From contig JACKFJ010000001.1 in assembly GCA_020632535.1 (NCBI GenBank), forward strand, positions 154,890 through 218,889: 64,000 nt of DNA, given 5' to 3'. Shown piece after piece: positions 9,790-20,007 of this stretch (within the stretch, counting starts at the first letter, position 1; each line of letters begins with the position of its first letter). The stretch is from Candidatus Omnitrophota bacterium (lineage in GTDB: Bacteria; Omnitrophota; Gorgyraeia; Zapsychrales; JANLHA01). Both the position numbers and the translations under genes were made by a program. The notes under the pieces are model-generated. The model searched no databases, was not told the DNA's origin, and saw nothing but the letters and a program-made list of their open reading frames with translations.

Positions 9790-10545
9790 ATGTCAGGTCA
9801 TTCAAAGTGGGCGAGTATTAAACATAAAAAAGCGATCACCGACAAAAAGCGCGGTGCGGCGTTTACAAAGGTTACTAGAGAAATTACTGCGGCGGCGAGA
9901 GCCAGCGGTGGAGATGTGAATACTAATCCGCGTCTTCGTACGGCCATTGCTCGCGCGCGTTTTTTAAATATGCCCAATGTCAACGTTGAAAACGCAGTCA
10001 AAAAGGGAACGGGAGAGCTTCCGGGTGTTGTTTATGAAGATGTCATGTTTGATGCTTATGGTCCGGGCGGAGTTGCGATGCTTATCGAAGGTTTGACGGA
10101 CAATAAGAATCGTACGACCGCGGAAGTCCGCAATATTCTTTCGAAGAAAAACGGCGCTCTTGCCGGCGCGGGTAGCACGGCGTGGATGTTTACATCTAAA
10201 GGATTTATTTCGATCGAGAAGAATAAAACTACCGAAGAGCAGTTGATGGAAATTGCTTTGGAAGCTGGTGCGGATGATATTAAAGCGGAAGGCGAGTATT
10301 TTGAAATCACATGTGAACCAGCTAATTTGGAAGCAGTTAAAGCGGCTGTCTTAGCTAAGGATATTGCGATTGATACGGCTGAATTGACTAAGGTTCCAAA
10401 CGCCTATGTTAAAGCTACGGGTGCGGAAGCTAAGCAAATGATGAGTTTGATGGAAGCACTTGAAGAGCACGAAGATATTCAGAATGTGCACGCCAACTTT
10501 GATATTTCCGATGAGGATATGGAAAAAGCGACCGCGGAAGAATAA
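9790..10545 (+). CDS. yebC: YebC/PmpR family DNA-binding transcriptional regulator
   Basis: MSGHSKWASIKHKKA N-terminus. AGGAGG RBS. 251 aa. Confidence 0.9.
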   Translation: MSGHSKWASIKHKKAITDKKRGAAFTKVTREITAAARASGGDVNTNPRLRTAIARARFLNMPNVNVENAVKKGTGELPGVVYEDVMFDAYGPGGVAMLIEGLTDNKNRTTAEVRNILSKKNGALAGAGSTAWMFTSKGFISIEKNKTTEEQLMEIALEAGADDIKAEGEYFEITCEPANLEAVKAAVLAKDIAIDTAELTKVPNAYVKATGAEAKQMMSLMEALEEHEDIQNVHANFDISDEDMEKATAEE

Positions 10546-10546
10546 G

Positions 10547-11032
10547 ATGAGAATTCTGGGTGTTGACCCGGGTTTAAAAACGACCGGTTATGGTGTGATC
10601 GAAGTTGGGGAAGTATCAAGCCAGCCAGTTCGCCTCTTGGAAACCGGAACGATTGAACCAAATCAAAAAGGTTCTCTTCCCGAAAAAATCGCGACGATTT
10701 ATAAGAATCTGGATGCCATTATCCTTGAGCATTCTCCTGAAGTTATGATTTTGGAAAAGTTGTACGCGCATTACAAGCATCCTACAACCGCCTGCATTTT
10801 GGGTCACGCTCGTGGTGTCATTTGTCTCGTCTGCGCACATCGTAAAATCAAACTTATTGAACAGAGTGTTAAGCGGATTCGCAAGGCTCTTGTCGGCAAC
10901 GGCAGCGCTTCGAAGGAGCAGACCAAGGCTGTTGTCGCTCATATTTTGAAATTTAATCCCGAAAAGATTTCGCTTGATGCCAGTGACGCTTTGGCTTTGG
11001 CTTTAGGACACGCGCATCTTGAACGTTATTAA
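10547..11032 (+). CDS. ruvC: Crossover junction endodeoxyribonuclease RuvC
   Basis: MRILGVDPGLKTTGYGVIE. The start is trimmed from the track ORF (10460) to the ATG one base after the yebC stop. Confidence 0.9.
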   Translation: MRILGVDPGLKTTGYGVIEVGEVSSQPVRLLETGTIEPNQKGSLPEKIATIYKNLDAIILEHSPEVMILEKLYAHYKHPTTACILGHARGVICLVCAHRKIKLIEQSVKRIRKALVGNGSASKEQTKAVVAHILKFNPEKISLDASDALALALGHAHLERY

Positions 11033-11128
11033 ATATAGGGATAACACATTGCGCAAGTGTGTGTATTCGGTTAAAATATTTGAAATTTAATTTTTCGAGT
11101 TGGAAAATCGAAAAGATTTTGAGGCGGC

Positions 11129-11755
11129 ATGATTGCGAAAGTTACCGGACAGATTGTAGAAATCAATGATAGTGCGGTTGTCCTTAATGTTGGCGGTTTT
11201 GCGTATGAAATTTTGGTACCAAGTCCGATTTTGCAGCGTTTGGATGAATATAAGGATGAGAAGGGACTTGCGACGTTTATCACGTACCATTATTTTCAGA
11301 TTAATCAGTCCAGTGGTGTTCCAGTTCTCGTCGGGTTTCTAAACGAAATTGAAAAAGATTTTTTCCTGCAAATTATTACCGTTTCTGGGATTGGCCCGCG
11401 CGCTGCGGTTAAAGCGTTGAATAAACCGTTTTCTGAAATTTCGCGGGCGATTAGTGAAGGGAATATTAATTTCTTGAAAACTCTTCCCGGTATCGGTCCG
11501 CAAAAAGCCAAAGAAATTGTTGCCAAACTGCAGGGCAAAGTCAGTAAATTTGGGCTGATTCGAGACAATGCAATGCCCGCGATTCAGGCTCCGGCTCCGG
11601 ATTGGTCGCAAGAGGCATTAGGTGTTCTTTTGCAATTGCAATACAAACGTTCGGAAGCACAGGAGATGATCGAAAATGCATTGAAACGAACAAGCGGCAT
11701 AGCATCGGTTGAAGAACTTTTGAATGAAATTTATAAACAAAGGATGAATGTTTAA
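11129..11755 (+). CDS. ruvA: Holliday junction branch migration complex subunit RuvA
   Basis: MIAKVTGQIVE N-terminus and HhH motifs (ISGIGPRAAVKAL, LPGIGPQKAKEIV). 208 aa. Confidence 0.9.
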   Translation: MIAKVTGQIVEINDSAVVLNVGGFAYEILVPSPILQRLDEYKDEKGLATFITYHYFQINQSSGVPVLVGFLNEIEKDFFLQIITVSGIGPRAAVKALNKPFSEISRAISEGNINFLKTLPGIGPQKAKEIVAKLQGKVSKFGLIRDNAMPAIQAPAPDWSQEALGVLLQLQYKRSEAQEMIENALKRTSGIASVEELLNEIYKQRMNV

Positions 11756-12618
11756 TGGACACGTCAGCCAATGAATATTTGAAAGGTGCCATTGAGGCGC
11801 TTCTTTTTATTAGTGAAAAACCGGTCGCGCTCGACCAAATTGCGGAAGTTATGCAAGAGAGTGTGGGTGCCGTTGATGTTCGCAAGCTCGTCGCGGAATT
11901 GTGCGAGGAATACGAAACTAAACAACGCGGCATGGTTATTGTTGAGATTGCCGGGGGGTATCAAATGCTTTCTAGTCCCCATTATGTTTCGTATGTCAGG
12001 AGCTTTTTGAAGACCAAGGTTAAAGAAAAATTGTCGCGTCCCGCGTTGGAAGCTTTGGCAATTGTCGCTTACAAGCAACCTGTTTCTCGTGGTGATATTG
12101 AAGTCGTTCGTGGTGTTAATTCCGATGGTGTGGCATTGCATCTTTTGAATAAAGGTTTGATTAAAATTGTCGGCAAAAAGGATGTTCCCGGTCGTCCATA
12201 TCTTTATGGCACATCCAAATTGTTTTTAGAATATTTTGGTCTTAAGTCGTTGCGTGATTTACCGAGATTGGAAGATGTTTCTTTATTGTTAGCGAAGGCC
12301 GAAGAGAATACGACGGCGCAAACTGCTGAGAGTGCGATTGTCGAATCACAAATTGAGTCGAATGCCGACGCGAGCCGTGCTCTTGACGAAGCTGAAGCGC
12401 AAGCCGCGAAAGAAAGCCGCACGTCAGAAATCATCGACAGTGCCAATGCGCAAGAATCGGTTGAAGACGAATCGTCGGTTTCGCAACAGATTACGGAACA
12501 TATTAAAGCGGCTCATCAAAACGTTGAAGAAATTTTACCACAGGACGAAATAGAAAATACTCCCAAAGCCACGGAAAGTTCGCAAGACCAGGGGGAAGAT
12601 ATTCAACGAGGATATTAA
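11755..12618 (+). CDS. scpB: Segregation and condensation protein B with an acidic C-terminal extension
   Basis: TAATG overlap with ruvA. Motifs: AIEALLFISEKPV, LSRPALEALAIVAYKQPVSRGDIEVVRGV, PGRPYLYGTSKLFLEYFGL. About 100 extra E/S/Q-rich residues follow. Confidence 0.85.
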   Translation: MDTSANEYLKGAIEALLFISEKPVALDQIAEVMQESVGAVDVRKLVAELCEEYETKQRGMVIVEIAGGYQMLSSPHYVSYVRSFLKTKVKEKLSRPALEALAIVAYKQPVSRGDIEVVRGVNSDGVALHLLNKGLIKIVGKKDVPGRPYLYGTSKLFLEYFGLKSLRDLPRLEDVSLLLAKAEENTTAQTAESAIVESQIESNADASRALDEAEAQAAKESRTSEIIDSANAQESVEDESSVSQQITEHIKAAHQNVEEILPQDEIENTPKATESSQDQGEDIQRGY

Positions 12619-12672
12619 GGTCGAAGAAGAAACATCACGCTTAGACGCTATTGTGGAAGAGGAAGAAAACAA

Positions 12673-13734
12673 ATGAGTTTGCAGACATATCGCAAGAAAA
12701 TTGATGATTTAGACAAGAAAATTGTCGCGCTCCTTAATGAGCGCTCAAATGTGAGTGTCGCCATTGGTAAGGAAAAAATCAAGTCGAATAAGAGCATTTA
12801 CTCACCGGGACGTGAAAAAGAAGTTTTTGATCGCGTTAAAGCTTTATGCAACGAGCATTTGTCCGCATCAGCTATTCAGGCGATTTATCGTGAGATTATG
12901 TCATCATCCTTGGCTCTTGAGAAACCATTGATCATTGCCGCGCTGGGAATGGAAGGCGCGTACACATTTGAGGCGGCGCAAAGAATTTTTGGTCAGCAAG
13001 TAAAGTACCAATCTTGCAAAACTATTCCGGAAGTTTTTCAAAGTGTGGAATGCGGCGACGCGAATTATGGGGTTGTTCCTGTGGAAAATTCGACGGAAGG
13101 CGCGGTCACATGGACCATTGATCTTTTGGTGGATTCCGAATTAAAAATCTGCCGTCAGGAATTAATGGAAATCAGTCATAATTTATTATCCAAAGTCGCG
13201 AAAGATAAAATCAAAAAAGTTTATTCGAATTGGCAAGTTTTTGAACAATGTCGTTATTGGCTTGCGCGGAATTTACCAAACGCGACACAGGTGGTTGTCG
13301 CGTCGACCACGGAAGCCGCGGAAATTGCGTCGCGAGAAAAGAATTCGGCCGCGATCGCGTCACTTAAAGCCGGAAAGTCGAATCATTTGAAATCAATAGC
13401 GTCGGGAATTCACGATCTTGCGCATAATACTACTCGGTTTTTGGTTATTGGCCCGGAAGATGCCGCTCCGACGGGAAAGGATCGCACATCGATTGTATTT
13501 TCCATTAAGGATCACGTGGGTGCTTTATACAAGATGTTGGCGCCTTTTAATAAGAGTCACATCAATTTGACTAAGATTGAGTCACGTCCATCCAAGAAAA
13601 AAGCTTGGGATTATTATTTCTTTGTTGACCTTGAAGGCCACGAGCAAGATCCTAAAGTCAAACGCGCGCTGGCTGAACTCGAAGGTATGTGTAAATATTT
13701 AAAAATTTTAGGTTCGTATCCGGTAATGGAATAG
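12673..13734 (+). CDS. pheA: Bifunctional chorismate mutase / prephenate dehydratase (P-protein)
   Basis: N-terminal CM domain (YRKKIDDLDKKIVALLNERS). PDT domain (VPVENSTEGAV, TRFLVIG). ACT domain (IESRPSKKKAWDYYFFVDLEGH). Confidence 0.9.
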   Translation: MSLQTYRKKIDDLDKKIVALLNERSNVSVAIGKEKIKSNKSIYSPGREKEVFDRVKALCNEHLSASAIQAIYREIMSSSLALEKPLIIAALGMEGAYTFEAAQRIFGQQVKYQSCKTIPEVFQSVECGDANYGVVPVENSTEGAVTWTIDLLVDSELKICRQELMEISHNLLSKVAKDKIKKVYSNWQVFEQCRYWLARNLPNATQVVVASTTEAAEIASREKNSAAIASLKAGKSNHLKSIASGIHDLAHNTTRFLVIGPEDAAPTGKDRTSIVFSIKDHVGALYKMLAPFNKSHINLTKIESRPSKKKAWDYYFFVDLEGHEQDPKVKRALAELEGMCKYLKILGSYPVME

Positions 13735-13736
13735 TA

Positions 13737-14825
13737 ATGAAACACATTGCAAAAAAGCGTATTTTTGAAGTCGAACCTTATCGTCCGGGTAAACCCATTG
13801 CGGAAGTCAAGCGGGAGCTGAAATTAAGCAAGGTTATTAAGCTTGCTTCGAACGAAAATCCCTATGGCCCAGCGTCTTCGGTTTTAAAAGCCATGATCCA
13901 AGAAGCTGGTTTGGTCAATCGTTATCCTGATGGCGGATGTTTTTATCTGCGTCAGGCTTTGGCCAAGAAATTGTCGGTTGGTGGTGAGAATTTGATTTTT
14001 GGTAATGGTTCTGATGAAATTATTGTCATGGCTATTCGCGCGTTTGTAAGTCAGGGCGATGAAGTCATTATCGCAAAGCCATCTTTTTTGATCTACGATA
14101 TCGCCGCCCGTTTGGAAGGCGCTGTTATTAAGGCGGTGCCGCTTAAAAATTTTTATTATGATTTAGATGGGATGAAAAGGGAGATAACGCCAAAGACCAA
14201 GATTGTTTTTATCGGGAATCCAGACAATCCGGCGGGCACATTTGTGAATGAAAAAAATCTGGTGGATTTCTTAAAAAAGATTCGAAAAGATATTCTGGTT
14301 TTTATCGATGAGGCTTATTTTGAGTTCGTCAATGATAAGAGTTATCCCGATGCGATTAGGCTGATAAAAAAATATAAGAATGTCATTGTTACTCGCACAT
14401 TTTCAAAGATGTATGGTTTGGCGGGTTTGCGTTTAGGTTATGGTATTGCCGACGTTGACGTGATCAGTATTTTAAATCGTTTGCGCGAACCGTTTAACGT
14501 CAATTCCATAGCGCAAGCTGCGGCGGTTGCGTGTTTAAATGACAAGACATATTATCGTCGTATTGGAAGAGAAGTGGTGGTTGAACGCACGAAACTTTAT
14601 CGCGAGCTTAAGAAAATGGGTTTGGGATATGTAGAGACCGCGACAAATTTTATTCTCGTGGATGTTAAAAACGATTCGACCATGGTTGCGAATCAGCTTT
14701 TGAAAAAAGGGGTGATCGTTCGCGACATGGCTTTTTGGGGGTTAAGAAATTATTTGCGCGTATCAATTGGAACACCGTCGGAGAATGCGGCGTTTGTCCG
14801 TACTTTAAAAACTGTATTGTCATAA
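13737..14825 (+). CDS. hisC: Histidinol-phosphate/aromatic aminotransferase (class II PLP)
   Basis: LASNENPYGP, IGNPDNPAGT, and RTFSKMYGLAGLRLGY with the PLP lysine motif. Confidence 0.85.
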   Translation: MKHIAKKRIFEVEPYRPGKPIAEVKRELKLSKVIKLASNENPYGPASSVLKAMIQEAGLVNRYPDGGCFYLRQALAKKLSVGGENLIFGNGSDEIIVMAIRAFVSQGDEVIIAKPSFLIYDIAARLEGAVIKAVPLKNFYYDLDGMKREITPKTKIVFIGNPDNPAGTFVNEKNLVDFLKKIRKDILVFIDEAYFEFVNDKSYPDAIRLIKKYKNVIVTRTFSKMYGLAGLRLGYGIADVDVISILNRLREPFNVNSIAQAAAVACLNDKTYYRRIGREVVVERTKLYRELKKMGLGYVETATNFILVDVKNDSTMVANQLLKKGVIVRDMAFWGLRNYLRVSIGTPSENAAFVRTLKTVLS

Positions 14826-14851
14826 GTTGATAAAAAAATTCAGGAGGAAGT

Positions 14852-15868
14852 ATGATCGTTATTTTGAGACCGGATGCATCTGAAGAACAATTGCAACATT
14901 TGATCAAGAAAACCGAAGCTTTAGGATTAAAGGCGCACGTGTCTCGCGGTGTTGAGCGGACGATTATTGGATTTATTGGGCCGGAAGATGTTTTACGTGT
15001 TACGCCTTTGGAAGTTTTTCCGGGTGTTGAAAGTGTTATCCCTGTCTTGGCGCCGTATAAACTTGTGTCTCGTGAGTTTAAAAAAGAGGGTTCCGTTATT
15101 AAGCTTAAGGAAAATGTTTCTATCGGTGGTCAACAAATTATTGTGATGGCTGGTCCATGTTCCGTTGAAAATCACACATCATTATCTGCGGTTGCCAAGC
15201 AAGTCAAGAAAGCCGGCGCAACGGTTTTGCGAGGAGGGGCTTTTAAACCACGAACGTCTCCGTATGATTTTCAAGGGCTCGGTGAAGAAGGTTTGAAATA
15301 TTTAAAAGATGTCGGTGATGAAACCGGTTTAGCAACGATTACCGAAGTTATGGATCCACGTAATGTCGAATTGATTGGTAAGTATGTTGATATTTATCAA
15401 ATTGGCGCGCGCAATATGCAGAATTTTTCGCTTCTTAAGGAATTGGGAATGACGAATAAGCCAATCATGCTCAAGCGTGGTTTAAGTGGCACGATTAAGG
15501 AGCTTTTAATGTCGGCGGAATATATTCTTTCCAAAGGCAACTTTAACGTCATTTTATGTGAACGCGGGATACGGACTTTTGAAACCGCGACGCGCAATAC
15601 ATTGGATATCAACGCGGTTGCGGTCGTCAAGCAGTTGACGCATTTGCCGATGATGATTGATCCAAGCCACGGCACGGGATATTGGAATTTTGTCGGCGCG
15701 GCCGCGAAGGCTGGTGTCGCGGCGGGTTGTGATGGGTTAATGATTGAAGTCCACGGAAACCCAGAGCAGGCTTTATCTGACGGTGCGCAGTCGTTATTGC
15801 CGGAGAAATTTGAATCGTTAATGAGTGAGTTGCGCTTAGTGGCGCAAGCGGTTTCACGTCAAATTTAA
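14852..15868 (+). CDS. aroF: 3-deoxy-7-phosphoheptulonate (DAHP) synthase, type I-beta with N-terminal regulatory domain
   Basis: [39 protein letters not shown] and DPSH motifs. The ~70-aa N-terminal ferredoxin-like extension resembles that of Thermotoga-type enzymes. Confidence 0.85.
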   Translation: MIVILRPDASEEQLQHLIKKTEALGLKAHVSRGVERTIIGFIGPEDVLRVTPLEVFPGVESVIPVLAPYKLVSREFKKEGSVIKLKENVSIGGQQIIVMAGPCSVENHTSLSAVAKQVKKAGATVLRGGAFKPRTSPYDFQGLGEEGLKYLKDVGDETGLATITEVMDPRNVELIGKYVDIYQIGARNMQNFSLLKELGMTNKPIMLKRGLSGTIKELLMSAEYILSKGNFNVILCERGIRTFETATRNTLDINAVAVVKQLTHLPMMIDPSHGTGYWNFVGAAAKAGVAAGCDGLMIEVHGNPEQALSDGAQSLLPEKFESLMSELRLVAQAVSRQI

Positions 15869-15901
15869 CGGATAAAAATTTATTAAAGAAAGAATTCAAT
15901 T

Positions 15902-16762
15902 ATGATCGTAACACTTCGTCCGACTCTTTTTCGTAAGGTCACGGTTATCGGTGTTGGATTAATCGGCGGATCACTGGCCAAGGCGATCAAAAAGAATAAG
16001 CTTGCGAAAGAGGTTGTTGGTGTTTCGCAGGGACAGCAAACGTTAACAGCCGCTTTAAAAGAAGGCACGATTGATCAGGGTTATCATGATGTGGTTAAGG
16101 CGGTTACAAATTCCGATCTCGTTATTTTAGCCGCGCCTGTCGGGATTATTATTAATATGCTCTCGATTATTGGGCCGCATTTGCGACGGGGATGTGTTGT
16201 TACCGACGTGGGTAGTTCGAAGGTCTCGATTGTTCATGCGGCACAAAAATTCTTGCCGAGTCACGTATTTTATGTTGGATCGCATCCTTTGGCTGGATCA
16301 GAAAAGGCAGGAGTGCAGAATGCGAACGCGGAATTGTTTCATAACGCGACTGTTGTTATGACTCCAACCGACACAACACATCGTCTTGCTAAAGATCGGG
16401 TGAAACTGCTTTGGACGAAGGTCGGCGCGCAAGTGAAATTTATGACGCCTGATGAGCATGATAAGGCTTTGGGTTATGTGAGTCATTTGCCGCACATGGT
16501 CGCTTTTGCTTTGATGGAAACGGTACCGTCTGACATTTTGCCTTTTGCCGCACAAGGATTAAAAGATACCACCCGCATTGCGGCCTCGTCGCCGCAAATG
16601 TGGAATGACATTTCGGTTAGTAATAAAAAGAATGTTATTAAGGCTATTGATGAAGTGGCAAAGAATCTTTCTTTGATCCGCAAGGCTATTACGACCAACG
16701 ATCAAAAGACTCTCCTAAATTTGTTTAAGAATGCCAAAACCAAACGTGACAGTCTCAATTAA
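15902..16762 (+). CDS. tyrA: Prephenate dehydrogenase
   Basis: Rossmann motif VTVIGVGLIGGSLA, then GSHPLAG and SHLPH motifs. Confidence 0.85.
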   Translation: MIVTLRPTLFRKVTVIGVGLIGGSLAKAIKKNKLAKEVVGVSQGQQTLTAALKEGTIDQGYHDVVKAVTNSDLVILAAPVGIIINMLSIIGPHLRRGCVVTDVGSSKVSIVHAAQKFLPSHVFYVGSHPLAGSEKAGVQNANAELFHNATVVMTPTDTTHRLAKDRVKLLWTKVGAQVKFMTPDEHDKALGYVSHLPHMVAFALMETVPSDILPFAAQGLKDTTRIAASSPQMWNDISVSNKKNVIKAIDEVAKNLSLIRKAITTNDQKTLLNLFKNAKTKRDSLN

Positions 16763-16772
16763 GCTAAAGATC

Positions 16773-17423
16773 ATGGTTATTGCCATTGACGGGCCGGCAG
16801 GTGCGGGAAAAAGCACAGTGGCCAAACTTTTGGCCCAGAAGCTGGGTATTTCTTACTTAGACACCGGCGCCATGTATCGTGCTTTAACCGTTAAAGCAAT
16901 TCGCAGTAAAGTTGATCTTGAAAATGGGAAAGCGTTGGCCAAACTCGCGACTGAAAGTCAGATCCAATTGCGACCGACTGCGACGGGATTAAATATTTTT
17001 CTTGATGGCGAGGATGTTTCGGAAGAAATTCGCACGGTCGAAGTTACCAACAAGACGTTTTATATCGCGCGGGCTCCAGAAGTTCGTGAAATCATGGTCA
17101 ATTTGCAGAGAGCAATCGGGCATAAGCAGAGTATCGTTGCGGAAGGGCGAGACATCGGGACGGTGGTATTTCCTAATGCAACCAAAAAGTTTTATCTCGA
17201 CGCTGATCCTGCCGAACGGGCAAGGCGACGCATGAAGGAAATGCAGGAAAAGGGTAAAATCGTTGACGAGCAGGAATTGCTGCGAGAGATCAATGAGCGC
17301 GATCAAAAGGATTTTACCCGCAAAGTAGGACCGCTTAAAAAAGCGGATGACGCGATTGTCATTGATTCGAGTGGTTTAAACGTCGAGCAATCGGTCGCAA
17401 AAATTATGGAATTTCTTAAATAA
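16773..17423 (+). CDS. cmk: Cytidylate kinase
   Basis: MVIAIDGPAGAGKSTVAKLLA...YLDTGAMYRA. The start is trimmed from the track ORF to the ATG after the tyrA stop. Confidence 0.9.
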   Translation: MVIAIDGPAGAGKSTVAKLLAQKLGISYLDTGAMYRALTVKAIRSKVDLENGKALAKLATESQIQLRPTATGLNIFLDGEDVSEEIRTVEVTNKTFYIARAPEVREIMVNLQRAIGHKQSIVAEGRDIGTVVFPNATKKFYLDADPAERARRRMKEMQEKGKIVDEQELLREINERDQKDFTRKVGPLKKADDAIVIDSSGLNVEQSVAKIMEFLK

Positions 17424-17424
17424 T

Positions 17425-19215
17425 ATGGATCAAACACTTATTAGAAACTTTTCAATTATTGCTCATATCGATCACGGCAAATCGACTTTGGCGGATCGTT
17501 TACTTTTGTTTACTGGCGCGATTGATGAACGCAAGTTTAAAAATCAATTGCTCGATGACATGGATATTGAGCGTGAGCGTGGGATCACAATCAAGGCGTC
17601 GGCTGTGCGTATTGAATACAAAGCCAAGGATGGAAAGACGTATATCTTGAATTTGATCGACACGCCGGGGCATGTTGATTTTTCGTATGAAGTCGAAAAG
17701 TCTTTGCGTGCGTGTGAAGGAGCATTGCTCATCGTTGATGCCTCCCAAGGAGTTGAATCACAGACGGTTGCTAATTACTATTTGGCAGTTGATAACAATC
17801 TCGAAATTCTACCTGTTATTAATAAAATCGACATTGTTAATATTGATATCAATCACGCTAAGACGGAAATGATTGAAGCGTTGGGTTTTAAGGATAAAGA
17901 TATTCAAATGATTTCTGCTAAGACGGGAATTGGCATTGATTTGCTTTTTGAGAAAATTGTTGAGTATATTCCGTCGCCCGAGGGTAAGGTTGATGATCCC
18001 CTGCAGGCTTTTATTTTTGATATGAAGTACGACATTTATAAGGGAATCATTATTTATGTTCGCGTGGTCAATGGATCGCTTAAGGCTGGCGTGCGCATTA
18101 AGATGATGCATACCGGAAAAGAATTTAATATTGAAGAAGTCGGGATTTTTCAACCAGAGCCATTTAAGGTTAAGGGACTGGCGACGGGAGAAGTCGGTTA
18201 CATTACGTGTAGTATTCATGAACCGCGCGAAGTCCAAATTGGCGACACTGTAACCGAATTGGCGCGTCCTGCCGCGGAGCCTTTACCGGGATATCGACAA
18301 CTTAATCCACTTGTTTTTTGTGGTGTGTATCCTGTCAATTCGAAGGATTTTATGTCATTGCGCGAAGCGATTGAGAAATTGCGTCTAAATGATCCGAGCT
18401 TTGTTTATGAATTGGAAAGTTCTTTATCGTTTGGGCATGGTTTTCGTTGTGGGTTTTTGGGACTTTTGCACATGGAAGTTGTTCAGGAGCGTTTGCAGCG
18501 TGAATATGATTTGAATTTGATTTTGACAACACCCAATGTGCAGTATCGCTGTATACCTAAGAGTGGAGAACCGTTTTTTATTGAAAATCCTGCTCAGCTT
18601 CCAGACTCGTCGGAACAATATAAGTTGGAAGAACCGTTTTTAGAAGTTTCAATTCTGACACCGGTGGTTTCGATGGATCAGGTTATGGAATTGGCTAAAC
18701 GTAAACGCGGTAATTTTGTAAAAAGTGAATTTGTTTCTGATCGTATGCGTGTTATTTTTGATATCCCATTGTCGGAAGTCATTGTCGATTTTAATGATTT
18801 GATCAAGTCCGTCACGCGTGGTTATGGTTCAATTGATTATCGTTTTAAGGGATTTTTCCCAGCGCAAATTGCTAAACTCGACATCATGATCAATGATAAA
18901 ATTTGTGACGCGTTTTCCTGTTTGGTTAGCAAAGATCGTGCTTATGAAAAAGGGTCAGCGCTGGTTGGGAAATTAAAAGATTTAATCCCACAACAGCTTT
19001 TTGAGGTGCGTGTGCAGGCGGTTTCCGATGGACGAATCATATCCGGTGCTAAAGTCAAAGCCGCGGGAAAGAATGTTACGGCCAAATGTTATGGTGGTGA
19101 TATTTCTCGTAAGCGTAAATTGTGGGAAAAGCAAAAAGAAGGAAAAAAGAAACTTAAGCAGATTGGAAATGTTGAAGTTCCGCAAGAAGCCTTTTTGGCG
19201 GCATTAAAAATTTAA
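17425..19215 (+). CDS. lepA: Translation elongation factor 4 (LepA)
   Basis: IRNFSIIAHIDHGKSTLADR, DTPGHVDF, NKID. C-terminal LepA-specific region. 596 aa. Confidence 0.95.
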   Translation: MDQTLIRNFSIIAHIDHGKSTLADRLLLFTGAIDERKFKNQLLDDMDIERERGITIKASAVRIEYKAKDGKTYILNLIDTPGHVDFSYEVEKSLRACEGALLIVDASQGVESQTVANYYLAVDNNLEILPVINKIDIVNIDINHAKTEMIEALGFKDKDIQMISAKTGIGIDLLFEKIVEYIPSPEGKVDDPLQAFIFDMKYDIYKGIIIYVRVVNGSLKAGVRIKMMHTGKEFNIEEVGIFQPEPFKVKGLATGEVGYITCSIHEPREVQIGDTVTELARPAAEPLPGYRQLNPLVFCGVYPVNSKDFMSLREAIEKLRLNDPSFVYELESSLSFGHGFRCGFLGLLHMEVVQERLQREYDLNLILTTPNVQYRCIPKSGEPFFIENPAQLPDSSEQYKLEEPFLEVSILTPVVSMDQVMELAKRKRGNFVKSEFVSDRMRVIFDIPLSEVIVDFNDLIKSVTRGYGSIDYRFKGFFPAQIAKLDIMINDKICDAFSCLVSKDRAYEKGSALVGKLKDLIPQQLFEVRVQAVSDGRIISGAKVKAAGKNVTAKCYGGDISRKRKLWEKQKEGKKKLKQIGNVEVPQEAFLAALKI

Positions 19216-19241
19216 TAAACACGTCGTTATTGTGAAAAGAG

Positions 19242-19994
19242 ATGATTATGGGAGTAGGGCAAGCTAATGATAATTCGCAAAATGAACATTTGAGTTTGCG
19301 AAAGCGCTTTGTACGTCCAGTATGGAACATTTTGGCTTTGCCGATTGGGTATATTGTCGCGGTGCTGATTATTTTTTGTTTTAGTCGGCGATCCCAGCAG
19401 GGATATCGGGCGGATTTGTTCGGGAAATTCGGCCGAGATTTGGCGAAGGAGTGGGGGGACGCCATTCTTATCGCGTTTATTCTCGCGATGTTTATCCGCA
19501 CATTTTTCTATCAAGCTTTTCGTATTCCCAGTGGGTCGATGCGCATGACACTGATTGAAGGAGATCGTTTGCTTGTCAATAAAATTACATACGGAGCATT
19601 GTTGCCTTTTACAAAATATCGTTTGCCGGGGATTTCTCATCCCAAGCGCGGGGACATTGTGGTTTTCAAATATCCGGAAGACCCCAAGCGTGATTTTATT
19701 AAACGGTTGATTGCTGTTGGGGGAGAGGTTGTCGAAATCAAATTTGGTGACATTTATATTAACGGAAAATTGATCGAAGACCCTGTCATTAAGAATGTTT
19801 ATTATTACAATCGCGGCACATACGGCGATGTGAATAAGAAAGTGTCTGTGCCTATAGGATATTATTTTGTTCTTGGAGATAATAGCGGTTCGAGCGCGGA
19901 TAGCCGCTATTGGGGTTTTGTTCCTCAGGAAAGTCTTATTGGTAAGGCGGAACTTATTTATTGGCCGCTCAATCGGGTCCGTTTTCTTAAATAG
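19242..19994 (+). CDS. lepB: Signal peptidase I
   Basis: IPSGSMRMTL (catalytic Ser), GDIVVFKYP, FIKRLIAVGGE (Lys box), GDNSGSSADSRYWGFVP. Confidence 0.9.
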   Translation: MIMGVGQANDNSQNEHLSLRKRFVRPVWNILALPIGYIVAVLIIFCFSRRSQQGYRADLFGKFGRDLAKEWGDAILIAFILAMFIRTFFYQAFRIPSGSMRMTLIEGDRLLVNKITYGALLPFTKYRLPGISHPKRGDIVVFKYPEDPKRDFIKRLIAVGGEVVEIKFGDIYINGKLIEDPVIKNVYYYNRGTYGDVNKKVSVPIGYYFVLGDNSGSSADSRYWGFVPQESLIGKAELIYWPLNRVRFLK

Positions 19995-20007
19995 GACGCA
20001 GACTGCA

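Noticed and set aside
10460-10546. N-terminal extensions of track ORFs that overlap the preceding gene: ruvC 10460, cmk 16731, lipoprotein 19867, BTLCP 24503, uvrD 29612, lipoprotein 47962, 53734, 55596, 58726 and nudix 61550.
   Set aside because: In each case an internal start codon placed at or just after the upstream stop gives the canonical family N-terminus or a proper signal peptide or lipobox. The extensions are treated as non-coding read-in.
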